Source: Antedon mediterranea (lineage: Eukaryota; Animalia; Echinodermata). From it: a DNA stretch of 64,000 bases. The position numbers and the translations under genes were made by a program. The DNA lies in the NCBI RefSeq assembly GCF_964355755.1, contig NC_092672.1, forward strand, positions 14,756,001 to 14,820,000. The letters are read 5' to 3'. Shown here in pieces: positions 56,301-64,000 of this stretch (within the stretch, counting starts at the first letter, position 1; the number at the start of each line of letters is the position of its first letter). Below the pieces are notes generated by a model. That model was not told the origin of the DNA and ran no database searches. It worked only from the letters and a program-made list of their open reading frames with translations.

Positions 56301-59300
56301 CTCATTTTAGAATTCATTTGTGGGTTTAAAGAATCTTGGTGCAACTTGCTATCATTTGTGCAAAGTATTAATTTATGATGTTTTGTACAAGTTTGTTTTT
56401 ACAATTCCTTCAGAGAAAGTTATAAGAAGTTTTTACATAGAATAACTAGCCAAGCCAGTATAAAGATTAGAGGCTATCAAATGACACCACTGACCACCAA
56501 TTTAATTAAAATAAGATTAGAAAGAAATATCATGAGGGATAAAACTATCCTCTTTCCAATACTTTCCATGTTAGTTCTTCGAAGCTGCAGATTATTGATC
56601 ATGAGAAAAATAAATACTGAGCACTATAAAATAATAGGAAGTACAGTAACAAATGTAAGCCAACATTGTCATACACCTCACAACCATAATGGGTGGTTAT
56701 TGTCCTGGTGGTTATTGTCCTGGTGGGTATTGTCCTGGTGTTTATTGTCCTGGTGTTTATTGTCCTGGTGGTTATTGTCCTGGTGGTTATTGTCCTGGTG
56801 GTTATTGTCCTGGTGGGTATTGTCCTGGTGGTTATTGTCCTGGTGGTTATTGTCCTGGTGGTTATTGTCCTGGTGGGTATTGTCCTGGTGGTTATTGTCC
56901 TGGTGGTTATTGTCCTGGTGGTTATTGTCCTGGTGGTTATTGTCCTGGTGGTTATTGTCTTGGTGGTTATTGTCCTGGTGGTTATTGTCCTGGTGGTTAT
57001 TGTCCTGGTGGTTATTGTCCTGGTGGTTATTGTCCTGGTGGGTATTGTCCTGGTGGTTATTGTCCTGGTGGTTATTGTCCTGGTGGGTATTGTCCCGGTG
57101 GTTATTGTCCCGGTGGGTATTGTCCCGGTGGTTATTGTCCCGGTGGTTATTGTCCCGGTGGTTATTGTCCCGGTGGTTATTGTCCCGGTGGTTATTGTCC
57201 CGGTGGTTATTGTCCTGGTGGTTATTGTCCTTGTGGTTATTGTCCTGGTGGTTATTGTCCTGGTGGGTATTGTCCTGGTGGGTATTGTCTTGGTGGTTAT
57301 TGTCCTGGTGGTTATTGTCCTGGTGGTTATTGTCCTGGTGGTTATTGTCCTGGTGGTTATTGTCCTGGTGGTTATTGTCCTGGTGGTTATTGTCCTGGTG
57401 GTTATTGTCCTGGTGGGTATTGTCCTGGTTGGTATTGTCCTGGTTGGTATTGTCCTGGTGGTTATTGTCCTGGTGGTTATTGTCCTGGTGGTTATTGTCC
57501 TGGTGGTTATTGTCCTGGTGGTTATTGTCCTGGTGGTTATTGTCCTGGTGGTTATTGTCCTGGTGGTTATTGTCCTGGTGGTTATTGTCCTGGTGGTTAT
57601 TGTCCTGGTGGTTATTGTCCTGGTGGTTATTGTCCTGGTGGTTATTGTCCTGGTGGTTATTGTCCTGGTGGTTATTGTCCTGGTGGTTATTGTCCTGGTG
57701 GGTATTGTCCTGGTGGTTATTGTCCTGGTGGTTATTGTCCTGGTGGTTATTGTCCTGGTGGTTATTGTCCTGGTGGTTATTGTCCTGGTGGTTATTGTCC
57801 TGGTGGTTATTGTCTTGGTGGTTATTGTCCTGGTGGTTATTGTCCTGGTGGGTATTGTCCTGGTGGTTATTGTCTTGGTGGTTATTGTCGGGGGGAGTGG
57901 TTATTGTCCATTTAGATATTTTTTCGCAGTGGTTTGCATGTTTTCGGTGATCGCTTCAAGGGTAAAAAAGGTGATGGTCACCAAAGTTTCAAAGAGAATT
58001 AGAATTCATTTTTCCTGATGATTTTATTTTTAATAACCATCTATATTATAATTTGAGTAAGGGAAAAAAGGTTTGTTAATGTAAAACTCGTTAGTGAGTT
58101 AACTGATGACGTCCTAATAAATATCACTGTTATATATTACATGTAGTTTCATGTAAAGATTTTTTATTTAGTTTTTAAAGCCTTTTAATTTTTTCGATAA
58201 AATAAATTTTACAATAATACACACACAAACTTACAACTAGGTGAATGAGCCCATGCTATTCCACATGGTATACGTTCTTTTTATAAATTGTTGTCTCCAG
58301 CCAGCAGACATGAGACATATTCGACAATCAGTATTTAACATTCAGTTGGGTAAGTACCAAACTACCAACTATTGTTTTTTGTGATATCACAATTAACCCT
58401 ACCCTACTATTCATGCACTGTTTTATTATGTATTAGATTAAATTGAAATGTGGGCCTAGTAGAAACAGCACTTTGCCATTTAATTCTGTGCATATTTCTG
58501 ATATACAAAAAATCTGCAACACTTGTTTAATGTGCAACACTTTATAATTTTAATTCATACTGTAAGAATCCTTATAATAATTCGTATGTATTTACGTAAC
58601 CGTAACTGTATTCTTGAACAATCTCCTAATTTAAATAACTATTGCACACACAGGTGAACAACGGTATATAGCCTGTTGTTTGCCGTGAAGGTGTTTTTTA
58701 GTTACTTATGTTCTTTGTTAACATATTTAATTGTAGATGGACTACTTTGAATTACCAGGCAGCTTGCTGGATAAAGGTGAAAGAACTATTTTTGGAAAGA
58801 CGACTTGCAACTTATGTTTCTGCGTAATTCATAATCCTTTAAACCCAAAGGAGTGTGGTCTCATGTTCTATAAATGTAGCGCTGGCTCCGTTACACATAC
58901 TGTAGGCTGTAGGCTTCTACACCTGATTAATATAGGCCAATATCCATCACGTCTGTTTTTGGTAGAATTTTTTAGAGCTTCCTTTCTGATTGGATAGCTA
59001 CTGATTTTATACCTCTTATGGATTCCCAACAGTTTGGAAATGCGATGGGTTTATCACCGACTCATTACCGTACAACTCTGTAAATTGTAATAGGCTTTGT
59101 CAGGATTAGATAGCTCGGGAATGTATGTGCCATAGACTTTAGTAAAGCCTTTGACCGGGTCACCCATTCAATTTTGATTGACACATTAATTGGTCTTAAT
59201 ATCATGCCCTCTCTTATTCCAACGGTGTGTAGCTTCCTCTCGCAAAGAAATCAGTGTGTGCAGTTGGGTGGTTAAGTTTCAGCGCCAGAACCAATTACGT

Positions 59301-62300
59301 GCAGAGTGCCTCAGGGTACTAAATTAGGCCCAATCCTTTGTACTATCAACCATAGTTATTGATTTGCTCAACAATGTACCTGATAGATGGAAGTTTGTTG
59401 ATGATCTGACGATTGGCGAGGTGATTTCAGTACAGAGACCTGAAGATAGTTTGATTCAAAGCAACCTTGATGCTCTTTCCAGTTGGTGTGTGGAGAATGA
59501 TACAACACCAAATCCTGTAAAGTTTCAAGTGATGCGTGTTCATTTGTTGCGTAATGTTCCCCAATTTCAGCCGTTACAAATGGATGGTGAAGAATCTCAG
59601 AGTGTGAAACTTCTGGGAGTGCATCTGCAAAGTCACCTCAAGTGGGAAGTTGCAGATAAAAGAAGTCGTTTCCAAGGCATCACATTGACTCTATATATGC
59701 TATACATTTTGAAACGTTTGGAGCCCCAAAGGATGACCTGGTTTTTACTTTTACAACATACATTCGTCGTTTACTTGAGTATGCCTGTCCTCTTTGGCAT
59801 AGCTCGATCACCAATAAACAGAGTGATCAACTTGAATTAATCCAAAAGCGTGTTGTAAAACTTATTATTGGATATCAAAACTATGTTACTGTTAGTTACG
59901 CAAAATCACTTGAAACCCTCAATTTAAAGACATCCATAACTTTGAAAAGGGGCTGCTAAAGTCGGATCACTTTAAGGAATGGATCCCTGAAAAAGAAAAG
60001 CTGACAAGGTGTTTGCGTAAAGTTAACAAGTTCGTTGTGACACGATGTTGGACTAAAAGACTCAACAGTTCCAGTTTTAAGCACGGTGATCTTACTCACT
60101 GTGAAAATAGTTTATAAATAGCTGAAGACAAATACTGTAAAGACCAACATTTTCACGTGCCCTTTATTTTCGCAAATTCCACAAAAGATCAACGAATTTA
60201 TAAAGGGCGCGGGAAAATCGCGAAATTTCGACGATGTTGTTTACAGTCGATCAGGCCTAGCCTAAATATGGAAAAATAAAATAGTTACGATAAACTTCTA
60301 ATTGTATATTATTTGAAACATTTACAAACCCTGATTATTATTTATATTGTGTGTTCAGGTGTAATTAAAACATTAAAATAAATTACAAACTGACCGAAAA
60401 TGCTAGCTATGCCGGCCCTACTCAGCCTGTACTGCCTCGCTCAAAACAATGATGAAATTCCACCTCACAGCGATCGACACATGTGGCACCGGAGTATTAA
60501 TCGCTAAAATAATGTTCGAATTGAATTGGGAAAAAAAAGCTTACAACCTTTTTATAGGTAATTTTGTATGAAATGTATAGTGGACTTGCTTGATGAATCC
60601 TTTGTCCATTAAATCATATAAGTTGTAATGTGTCCATAAAGTAATAGTTCTATGTGCGTAGCCTAGCTTGTGGTGTGTAGCAAATGGCAAAAATACCATC
60701 ACAATGCTCTCCACCACCACCATCACCACAACACCATCACCACAACACCATCACCACAACACCATCACCACAACACCATCACCACAACACCATCACCACA
60801 ACACCATCACCACAACACCATCACCACAACACCATCACCACAACACCATCACCACAACACCATCACCACAACACCATCACCACAACACCATCACCACAAC
60901 ACCATCACCACAACACCATCACCACAACACCATCACCACAACACCATCACCACAACACCATCACCACAACACCATCACCACAACACCATCACCACAACAC
61001 CATAACACCATCACCACAACACCATCACCACAACACCATCACCACAACACCATCACTACAACACCATCACCACAACACCATCACCACAACAGAGACCCAT
61101 CATCCGGTCGGCGTTGTATCCGTTCGTTGTTTTAAACAACAATAATTTGGTAGAGTACATTAATTATGGGGGTGTTCACTATCTAAGAGCCTATTAAACA
61201 CGTGCGTCAACCACTGTGTAGCCAAAACATTTATTTATTTACATCCCTAAATTTACAATCGCATATTCTGTAATTTTACTCTATGCAATTCAATTGTTGT
61301 TTAATGTTAATCGCGGAGGCGAAATACATTGGCCAATTTGGTTCAACAAATTACGCAAGAAACTCAAATCGTGAAAATAAAAGGTCGCGAAATAGTTGAA
61401 AAAGTAAAATCGCGAAAATTTAGGGCCGCGACAATTTTGAGCTTTATATAGTACTCAAATTTAATTAATTTTTATAATTAAACATTTTGAAAAGCAAAAC
61501 AATCAGGGTAGGACAGAAGCAGGGACATTCCTGACAGCGGAACAGTTTCAATTTCAATCAACCATTTTAAACTTTTATTTCCTTTTGTTTCTCCCTTCCC
61601 TTGTTTTTCTTTTCCTCACTTCCGCTCTGCTTTTCTTTTTTACTAGGGACTTTATGAAACACGACGGTTAGGGGAGGACGACAAATATCCTGTGTTCTCT
61701 GGAGCGTAAAATCATACAGTCAACATAGCCGTGTTATTAGTTACGCACCTTTGCGCAAAGACGACGACCAGCAGTAGTATCTCTCCCTCCCTATCTCGTG
61801 TCCCTTCTAAATCGCTTGGCTTGTAAAATATGTCAGAAAAATTCTCATTTTTATTATTTATGTAGTATTTACATAAAAAATAGACAATTAGGAACACCAG
61901 GCTCAACCTAATTGAACTAGATCAGCCGTTTGACCCAACTCTAAATTCAGTTTATCAAATAAACTTTTTTAGCAGCATCAGTCAACTAGACAAAGATGAA
62001 AAAGCACACATGTCCTGTTTAAGAGCAAGACGAGTTGCTCTTCTATGGATCCCCCTTAAACTGATCTTGATTACTTGTTATCTCAAATTTAAAGAAAGAA
62101 AATCTTCACATCAACACAAATTAATTTATACAGGGATCCAAAGTTAAGCAGTGCCCTCTATTGAAATAATTGTTCAATGTAATACAACTTCAATACATTA
62201 GTATTTCTTTGTTTGTTGATGTGGCCGGAAATCTGAGGATTTGTTATTTAAAACCATCCTTGTCCCTAGGGCTTGGCTTGGCCAGTCTTTCTCTCGTCCG

Positions 62301-63505
62301 ACGCTGGGTGGGTGGTGTAGGAACTATTCGGTTTATCTTTTGCTTTAAAACAAAGAATGGCCCTCAAAATCAAGCCCACTGGGCTTCTTTTCAAGATAGT
62401 ATGGGCTTCTTGTATTTGAATTTTAACACGTTCACTGCCACGGCGTATTTATACGTCAAAAATTGCGTGTCGCTACTTGCCAAGACGTAATACTACGTCA
62501 AAATCGTAGCACTTTTGTATTGTATGTAGAATCGCTGGCAGTGGTGATTGGAACAGGAATTATCGCATGGCAGTTTATGAATGATGTACGTAAACGATAA
62601 TCTAAAAATAAATGTCGTATGTTTGTTTGTGTTTATTCCCTCATGCATTGAATATGGTTGATACGATGGCGCCCTCACACTCAATATAATCATCTCAAAC
62701 ATGTCATAAATTGCGCTAATAGTAAATAAAAATAATAAAGGATGAAATGATTCAGTGTGGTTTACTGTTTTTATCTCTCGATGATAGGTTTGACCGATTT
62801 TAGCGCGGAAAATCCCCGACGTATATTTACGTTCCTGGCAAAGTCAATAAAATTGTTGGACCATTGCCAGTGACGTATTTATACGTCTCAACGGTTTTTC
62901 CCGCCATCGTATTTTGAATGACATCATGATAGTCTGTGACCAGATGTTACACTTTCAAACTGTAATTTAATATGTAAACGGGACTTGGCACTGGGACAGA
63001 AATTACGGAAAATGCCTTGGCAGTCAATGTGTTAAAGGAATACTGTAGAAATGTATGATCGTGGTATCAATATATTAATGACCTTACAACCCTTTAATTA
63101 TCTTAACAATCAATCCTTGTATATTTATTTTACAGTTTGTTTTCCTAGGTACTTTGATTGCATTTTGTATCTTGCTTCCTTGGTAGAGAATTTATCATTA
63201 TTGTAGTAGAAATTAACAACATTCATTTCAAAAGTCATTTTAATAGTTTAATTTTTAAATAATTTTGAAAAACTATTGTATTTGAGAAAATATAGCTGCA
63301 TTCTCCTTAATGTCAAATTACAATCACCACTTCTGATAATATTTTTTAATATAATAAAAATAAATCCTCACCTGCAAGAATTTTTAGAACAAGCTGTCTC
63401 ATTGATACGATAGGCAGAATTGAGATGACATTGATTCACCTGTTCTGGTTCAGTTTTTTCTGCCCACTGCCAAGCACTTTTATCAAACTGCTGCTTTGAA
63501 GGCAT
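10995..63505 (-). CDS. USP48: USP48 ubiquitin carboxyl-terminal hydrolase 48, spliced gene span (26 coding exons, ~1041 aa)
   Basis: Hand-spliced exons sum to 3126 nt with consistent phases. The translation matches USP48 as I recall it: N-term [16 protein letters not shown], Cys box [23 protein letters not shown], His box [60 protein letters not shown]-term [14 protein letters not shown]. Confidence 0.95.
11182..11211 (-). CDS. USP48: USP48 exon 25, 30-nt microexon (SNKPEAGFT)
   Basis: AG/GT flanks; corresponds to the PEEGFKG C-terminal motif. Confidence 0.85.
11219..12482. repeat. 55-bp minisatellite, ~23 copies
   Basis: Unit gaaaaaagaaacagctgttggtaactgtataatactagatgtaagaattataagt. Confidence 0.97.
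12613..12793 (-). CDS. USP48: USP48 exon 24, Ubl domain ([18 protein letters not shown]...LSDLGIYP)
   Basis: 181 nt, [11 protein letters not shown] motif. Confidence 0.93.
13405..13545 (-). CDS. USP48: USP48 exon 23 (...[29 protein letters not shown])
   Basis: 141 nt; start of the Ubl region. Confidence 0.88.
14680..16091. mobile_element. Foldback-type non-autonomous DNA element with ~240-bp TIRs and internal subrepeats
   Basis: 14680-14925 is the reverse complement of 15840-16091; internal diverged repeats of the same modules. Confidence 0.8.
16366..16611 (-). mobile_element. Truncated, internally deleted 3' end of the same RTE-like LINE as 17680-19571
   Basis: Reverse-complement match to 19200-19540 including ggcagacttttcagc...ggcagtaat; (atc)n tail. 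Confidence 0.85.
16612..16990 (-). mobile_element. LINE endonuclease-region fragment (Rex1/Babar- or CR1-like)
   Basis: GDFN...YVDKPT..NILDKCY...GTSDH. Confidence 0.8.
17158..17330 (-). CDS. USP48: USP48 exon 22 (FCIQCIAE...IYLRKV...SDPDFSQ)
   Basis: 173 nt, C..C and DPDF.Q motifs. Confidence 0.88.
17680..19571 (+). mobile_element. RTE-like LINE, 5'-truncated, RT ORF frameshifted (17859-18110, 18116-19312)
   Basis: [42 protein letters not shown]; (TAA)n tail at 19536-19571. Confidence 0.92.
20476..20643. repeat. 27-bp tandem repeat, ~6 copies
   Basis: Unit tactgagcattgccattaaatacatta. Confidence 0.95.
21451..22196 (+). mobile_element. piggyBac-like non-autonomous transposon
   Basis: TTAA on both flanks; perfect 14-bp TIR cactttcaccgcca; acidic relic [19 protein letters not shown] at ~21708. 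Confidence 0.85.
22282..22406 (-). CDS. USP48: USP48 exon 21 ([24 protein letters not shown]...SNP)
   Basis: 125 nt, phases consistent. Confidence 0.85.
22769..22941 (-). CDS. USP48: USP48 exon 20 (...[12 protein letters not shown]...[14 protein letters not shown])
   Basis: 173 nt, FVEEWR.FV and LCPH motifs. Confidence 0.92.
23585..23850. mobile_element. Fragment of the ggggcgacttt subterminal-repeat family seen at 3806-4806
   Basis: gactttgcgatggggc array ending ggatcc; shares cgctcccatca with ~4140. Confidence 0.6.
24426..24542 (-). CDS. USP48: USP48 exon 19 (EIKQEDEQ...[21 protein letters not shown])
   Basis: 117 nt, phase 0-0. Confidence 0.88.
24780..24965 (+). mobile_element. L1/Tx1-type RT fragment
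   Basis: VRQGCPLS and [10 protein letters not shown]. Confidence 0.7.
25337..25461 (-). CDS. USP48: USP48 exon 18 ([30 protein letters not shown]...CLKCK)
   Basis: 125 nt, AW..L..YFP.APE motif. Confidence 0.92.
26119..26223 (-). CDS. USP48: USP48 exon 17 (...[10 protein letters not shown])
   Basis: 105 nt, FN..I.C.HG-like motif. Confidence 0.82.
26310..26356. repeat. (GTT)n(GAT)n microsatellite
   Basis: Direct reading. Confidence 0.9.
26975..27093 (-). CDS. USP48: USP48 exon 16 ([18 protein letters not shown]...)
   Basis: 119 nt; donor GTTGGT is weaker but phase-compatible. Confidence 0.8.
27928..28088 (-). CDS. USP48: USP48 exon 15 ([24 protein letters not shown]...)
   Basis: 161 nt, YGGGPRL motif. 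Confidence 0.9.
29014..29171 (-). CDS. USP48: USP48 exon 14 ([15 protein letters not shown]...[19 protein letters not shown])
   Basis: 158 nt, DUSP-like C.H motif. Confidence 0.9.
29200..29570 (+). mobile_element. Probable LINE (CR1-like) 3' end
   Basis: LNIPTRTRS-like terminal coding relic, AT-rich UTR, (aaat)n tail. Confidence 0.4.
30106..30178 (-). CDS. USP48: USP48 exon 13 ([24 protein letters not shown])
   Basis: 73 nt, phases consistent. Confidence 0.88.
30298..30422 (-). CDS. USP48: USP48 exon 12 (...[27 protein letters not shown])
   Basis: 125 nt, GTAAGT donor. Confidence 0.88.
30750..31140 (+). mobile_element. RTE-type LINE RT fragment
   Basis: [27 protein letters not shown]. Confidence 0.75.
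31731..31838 (-). CDS. USP48: USP48 exon 11 ([26 protein letters not shown])
   Basis: 108 nt, AYMLVY motif. Confidence 0.93.
32250..33110 (+). mobile_element. LINE 5' part with APE endonuclease (Rex1/Babar-like), disrupted
   Basis: [46 protein letters not shown]. Confidence 0.8.
33743..33925 (-). CDS. USP48: USP48 exon 10, His box ([32 protein letters not shown])
   Basis: 183 nt, USP His/Asn box. Confidence 0.96.
34130..35700 (-). mobile_element. CR1-like LINE RT fragment interrupted by a 39-bp array
   Basis: IPKV...[18 protein letters not shown] to the right of the array; FGN..GI.SHCL and VKYNDVLSD-like relics to the left. Confidence 0.7.
34363..35183. repeat. 39-bp minisatellite, ~21 copies
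   Basis: Unit attgacatcaagcttaggcttcattgaaacaactgcctc. Confidence 0.97.
36190..36770 (-). mobile_element. LINE inter-domain fragment (Rex1/Babar-like)
   Basis: [13 protein letters not shown]...DIDELT..SAYI, PGLIR/W-type and IKKAKK relics. Confidence 0.55.
37279..37364 (-). CDS. USP48: USP48 exon 9 ([20 protein letters not shown]...)
   Basis: 86 nt, phase 2 to 1, KKKLNTYI motif. Confidence 0.88.
37678..42706. repeat. 32-bp satellite, ~157 near-identical copies (~5 kb), inside USP48 intron 8
   Basis: Unit ataatagcagtattgccaatggactggtgtac; recurrent c>a variant. Confidence 0.98.
42722..43647. mobile_element. Non-autonomous element with a long terminal palindrome (possibly Crypton-like)
   Basis: Hairpin 42750-42895; tgttatattatatagcc (~42915) inverted at ggctatgtaatataaca (~43631). 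Confidence 0.55.
43726..43859 (-). CDS. USP48: USP48 exon 8 ([21 protein letters not shown]...[11 protein letters not shown])
   Basis: 134 nt, conserved USP motif. Confidence 0.95.
44723..44831 (-). CDS. USP48: USP48 exon 7 ([25 protein letters not shown]...EFLQ)
   Basis: 109 nt, GTAAGT donor. Confidence 0.93.
45529..49918. mobile_element. Tc1/mariner (pogo-like) non-autonomous element (middle member)
   Basis: TA TSD; TIR ccgtatatttcggtgtataagacgcac / gtgcgacttgtacaccgaaatatacgg. Confidence 0.85.
46049..49347 (-). mobile_element. Long-TIR DNA transposon with decayed transposase, possibly Academ (inner member)
   Basis: ~700-bp modular TIRs starting tagtatccc; TAA on both flanks; relic IIRLGG...SFLGCIGH at ~47900-47965. 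Confidence 0.7.
51814..51996 (-). CDS. USP48: USP48 exon 6 ([27 protein letters not shown]...[10 protein letters not shown])
   Basis: 183 nt, QQDAQEF box. Confidence 0.95.
52380..52497 (-). CDS. USP48: USP48 exon 5 (...[22 protein letters not shown])
   Basis: 118 nt; an in-frame alternative acceptor 6 nt downstream is possible. Confidence 0.85.
52700..54409 (-). mobile_element. Ty3/Gypsy LTR retrotransposon relic (putative 5' LTR 54184-54409, PBS, gag)
   Basis: TG...CA bounded segment followed by TGGTG PBS-like site; [38 protein letters not shown]; no 3' LTR seen. Confidence 0.75.
54487..54544 (-). CDS. USP48: USP48 exon 4 ([19 protein letters not shown])
   Basis: AG/GTAAGG, 58 nt. Confidence 0.9.
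55262..55534. mobile_element. PIF/Harbinger-like MITE
   Basis: ~40-bp imperfect TIRs gccaatttacacagac..atggtaagc / gcttaccat..gtctgtgtaaattggc. Confidence 0.7.
55581..55640 (-). CDS. USP48: USP48 exon 3, catalytic Cys box ([20 protein letters not shown])
   Basis: 60 nt, phase 0-0, USP Cys-box motif. Confidence 0.95.
55944..56064 (-). CDS. USP48: USP48 exon 2 ([19 protein letters not shown]...[10 protein letters not shown])
   Basis: AG/GT boundaries, 121 nt, conserved NC.GNPNCL.G.GE. Confidence 0.92.
56266..56352 (+). repeat. Inverted duplicate of USP48 intron-2 3' end plus the first 42 nt of exon 3
   Basis: Reverse complement of 55599-55683, identical apart from a 2-nt AT indel. Confidence 0.95.
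56692..57909. repeat. 15-bp tandem array (ggtggttattgtcct), ~80 copies
   Basis: Direct reading; variant units occur in blocks. Confidence 0.97.
58990..60075 (+). mobile_element. CR1-like LINE RT fragment
   Basis: [48 protein letters not shown]; frameshifted. Confidence 0.88.
60135..61451. mobile_element. TA-flanked MITE-like element with ttcgcga subterminal repeats
   Basis: ta|ctgtaaag...ttttcgc at left; tcgcgaaa repeats ...ctttatatag|ta at right. Confidence 0.6.
60716..61090. repeat. 14-bp tandem array (accatcaccacaac), ~26 copies
   Basis: Direct reading. Confidence 0.95.
62427..63031. mobile_element. piggyBac-like MITE
   Basis: TTAA flanks; imperfect TIR cacgttcactgcca / tggcagtcaatgtg; repeated cgtatttatacgtc. 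Confidence 0.75.
63372..63505 (-). CDS. USP48: USP48 coding exon 1 (ATG; [22 protein letters not shown]...CSKNSC)
   Basis: ATG at 63505, donor GTGAGG, 134 nt. An AG about 15 nt upstream suggests a 5'UTR exon further right. Confidence 0.9.
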
Positions 63506-64000
63506 TGTATGTAGGTAGCCTAGTATTAAGTAAATACAGTATTATAAGTTATGAAATAAATACAAATCAAAAGTTACAGCAAAACACAGTTACTGTATCT
63601 TTTTGTTGATTCAAGTTCAAAAACTGTGTTCTACAGACTCTATGCAGTCGGCCTTCTCATTTAAGTACTTCTCAATTTCGAACCTTCTATTTTACAAACA
63701 GGTTTGAACAATGACGTCAGAAAATTTTAAAACTAAATGTAATTTGTTGATAACATTTACATATCTATTATCTTCTTTAAACAATCACAAAATCAATCAA
63801 AATCTCTATTTATTCACAAAATTATAAAATACAAGAGTACAAAATATAAAACTCGTTCACCATAAAATAAAGGTGTTCTTCCACAAGTTTGTGATAGGTA
63901 ATATAATATATACAAATAATACAGTGTATACACATTTATAAAAAAAACATTAAAAGAAAGAATTTATAAAATAATACAGCATTAGGCTTCCAGTTTAATT

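Noticed and set aside
56311-56352. Second USP gene on the plus strand ([14 protein letters not shown])
   Set aside because: Only a 42-nt exon fragment within the inverted duplicate; no other plus-strand USP exons were found.
56481-58018. WWLLS, GGYCP and VVIVL repeat proteins
   Set aside because: Three frames of one 15-bp array, with no signal peptide or unique domain.
60668-61145. His/Thr-rich ORFs
   Set aside because: Translations of a 14-bp tandem repeat inside a MITE-like element.

Overview
AT-rich, repeat-rich eukaryotic (metazoan, probably marine invertebrate) genomic DNA; not prokaryotic, no CRISPR or rRNA. About 52.5 kb (10995-63505, minus strand) is one spliced gene, USP48 (ubiquitin C-terminal hydrolase 48). 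I traced 26 coding exons by hand with GT-AG boundaries and consistent phases, giving 3126 nt (about 1041 aa) with Cys box, His box, DUSP-like segments and a C-terminal Ubl region. The left end holds the first four coding exons of a second minus-strand gene resembling the N-terminus of CFAP74, which runs off the window. Introns and intergenic DNA carry LINE fragments, a Gypsy-like relic, a Maverick/Polinton DNA polymerase fossil, MITEs, a three-level transposon nest and six tandem arrays. The very long ORFs in the track are artefacts of those arrays. The most interesting observation is a near-perfect ~85-bp inverted copy of the acceptor and catalytic-Cys part of USP48 exon 3, located in intron 1. 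It could fold over that splice site in the pre-mRNA. I found no clear new multi-gene system. All homology calls come from recalled motifs, not database searches.
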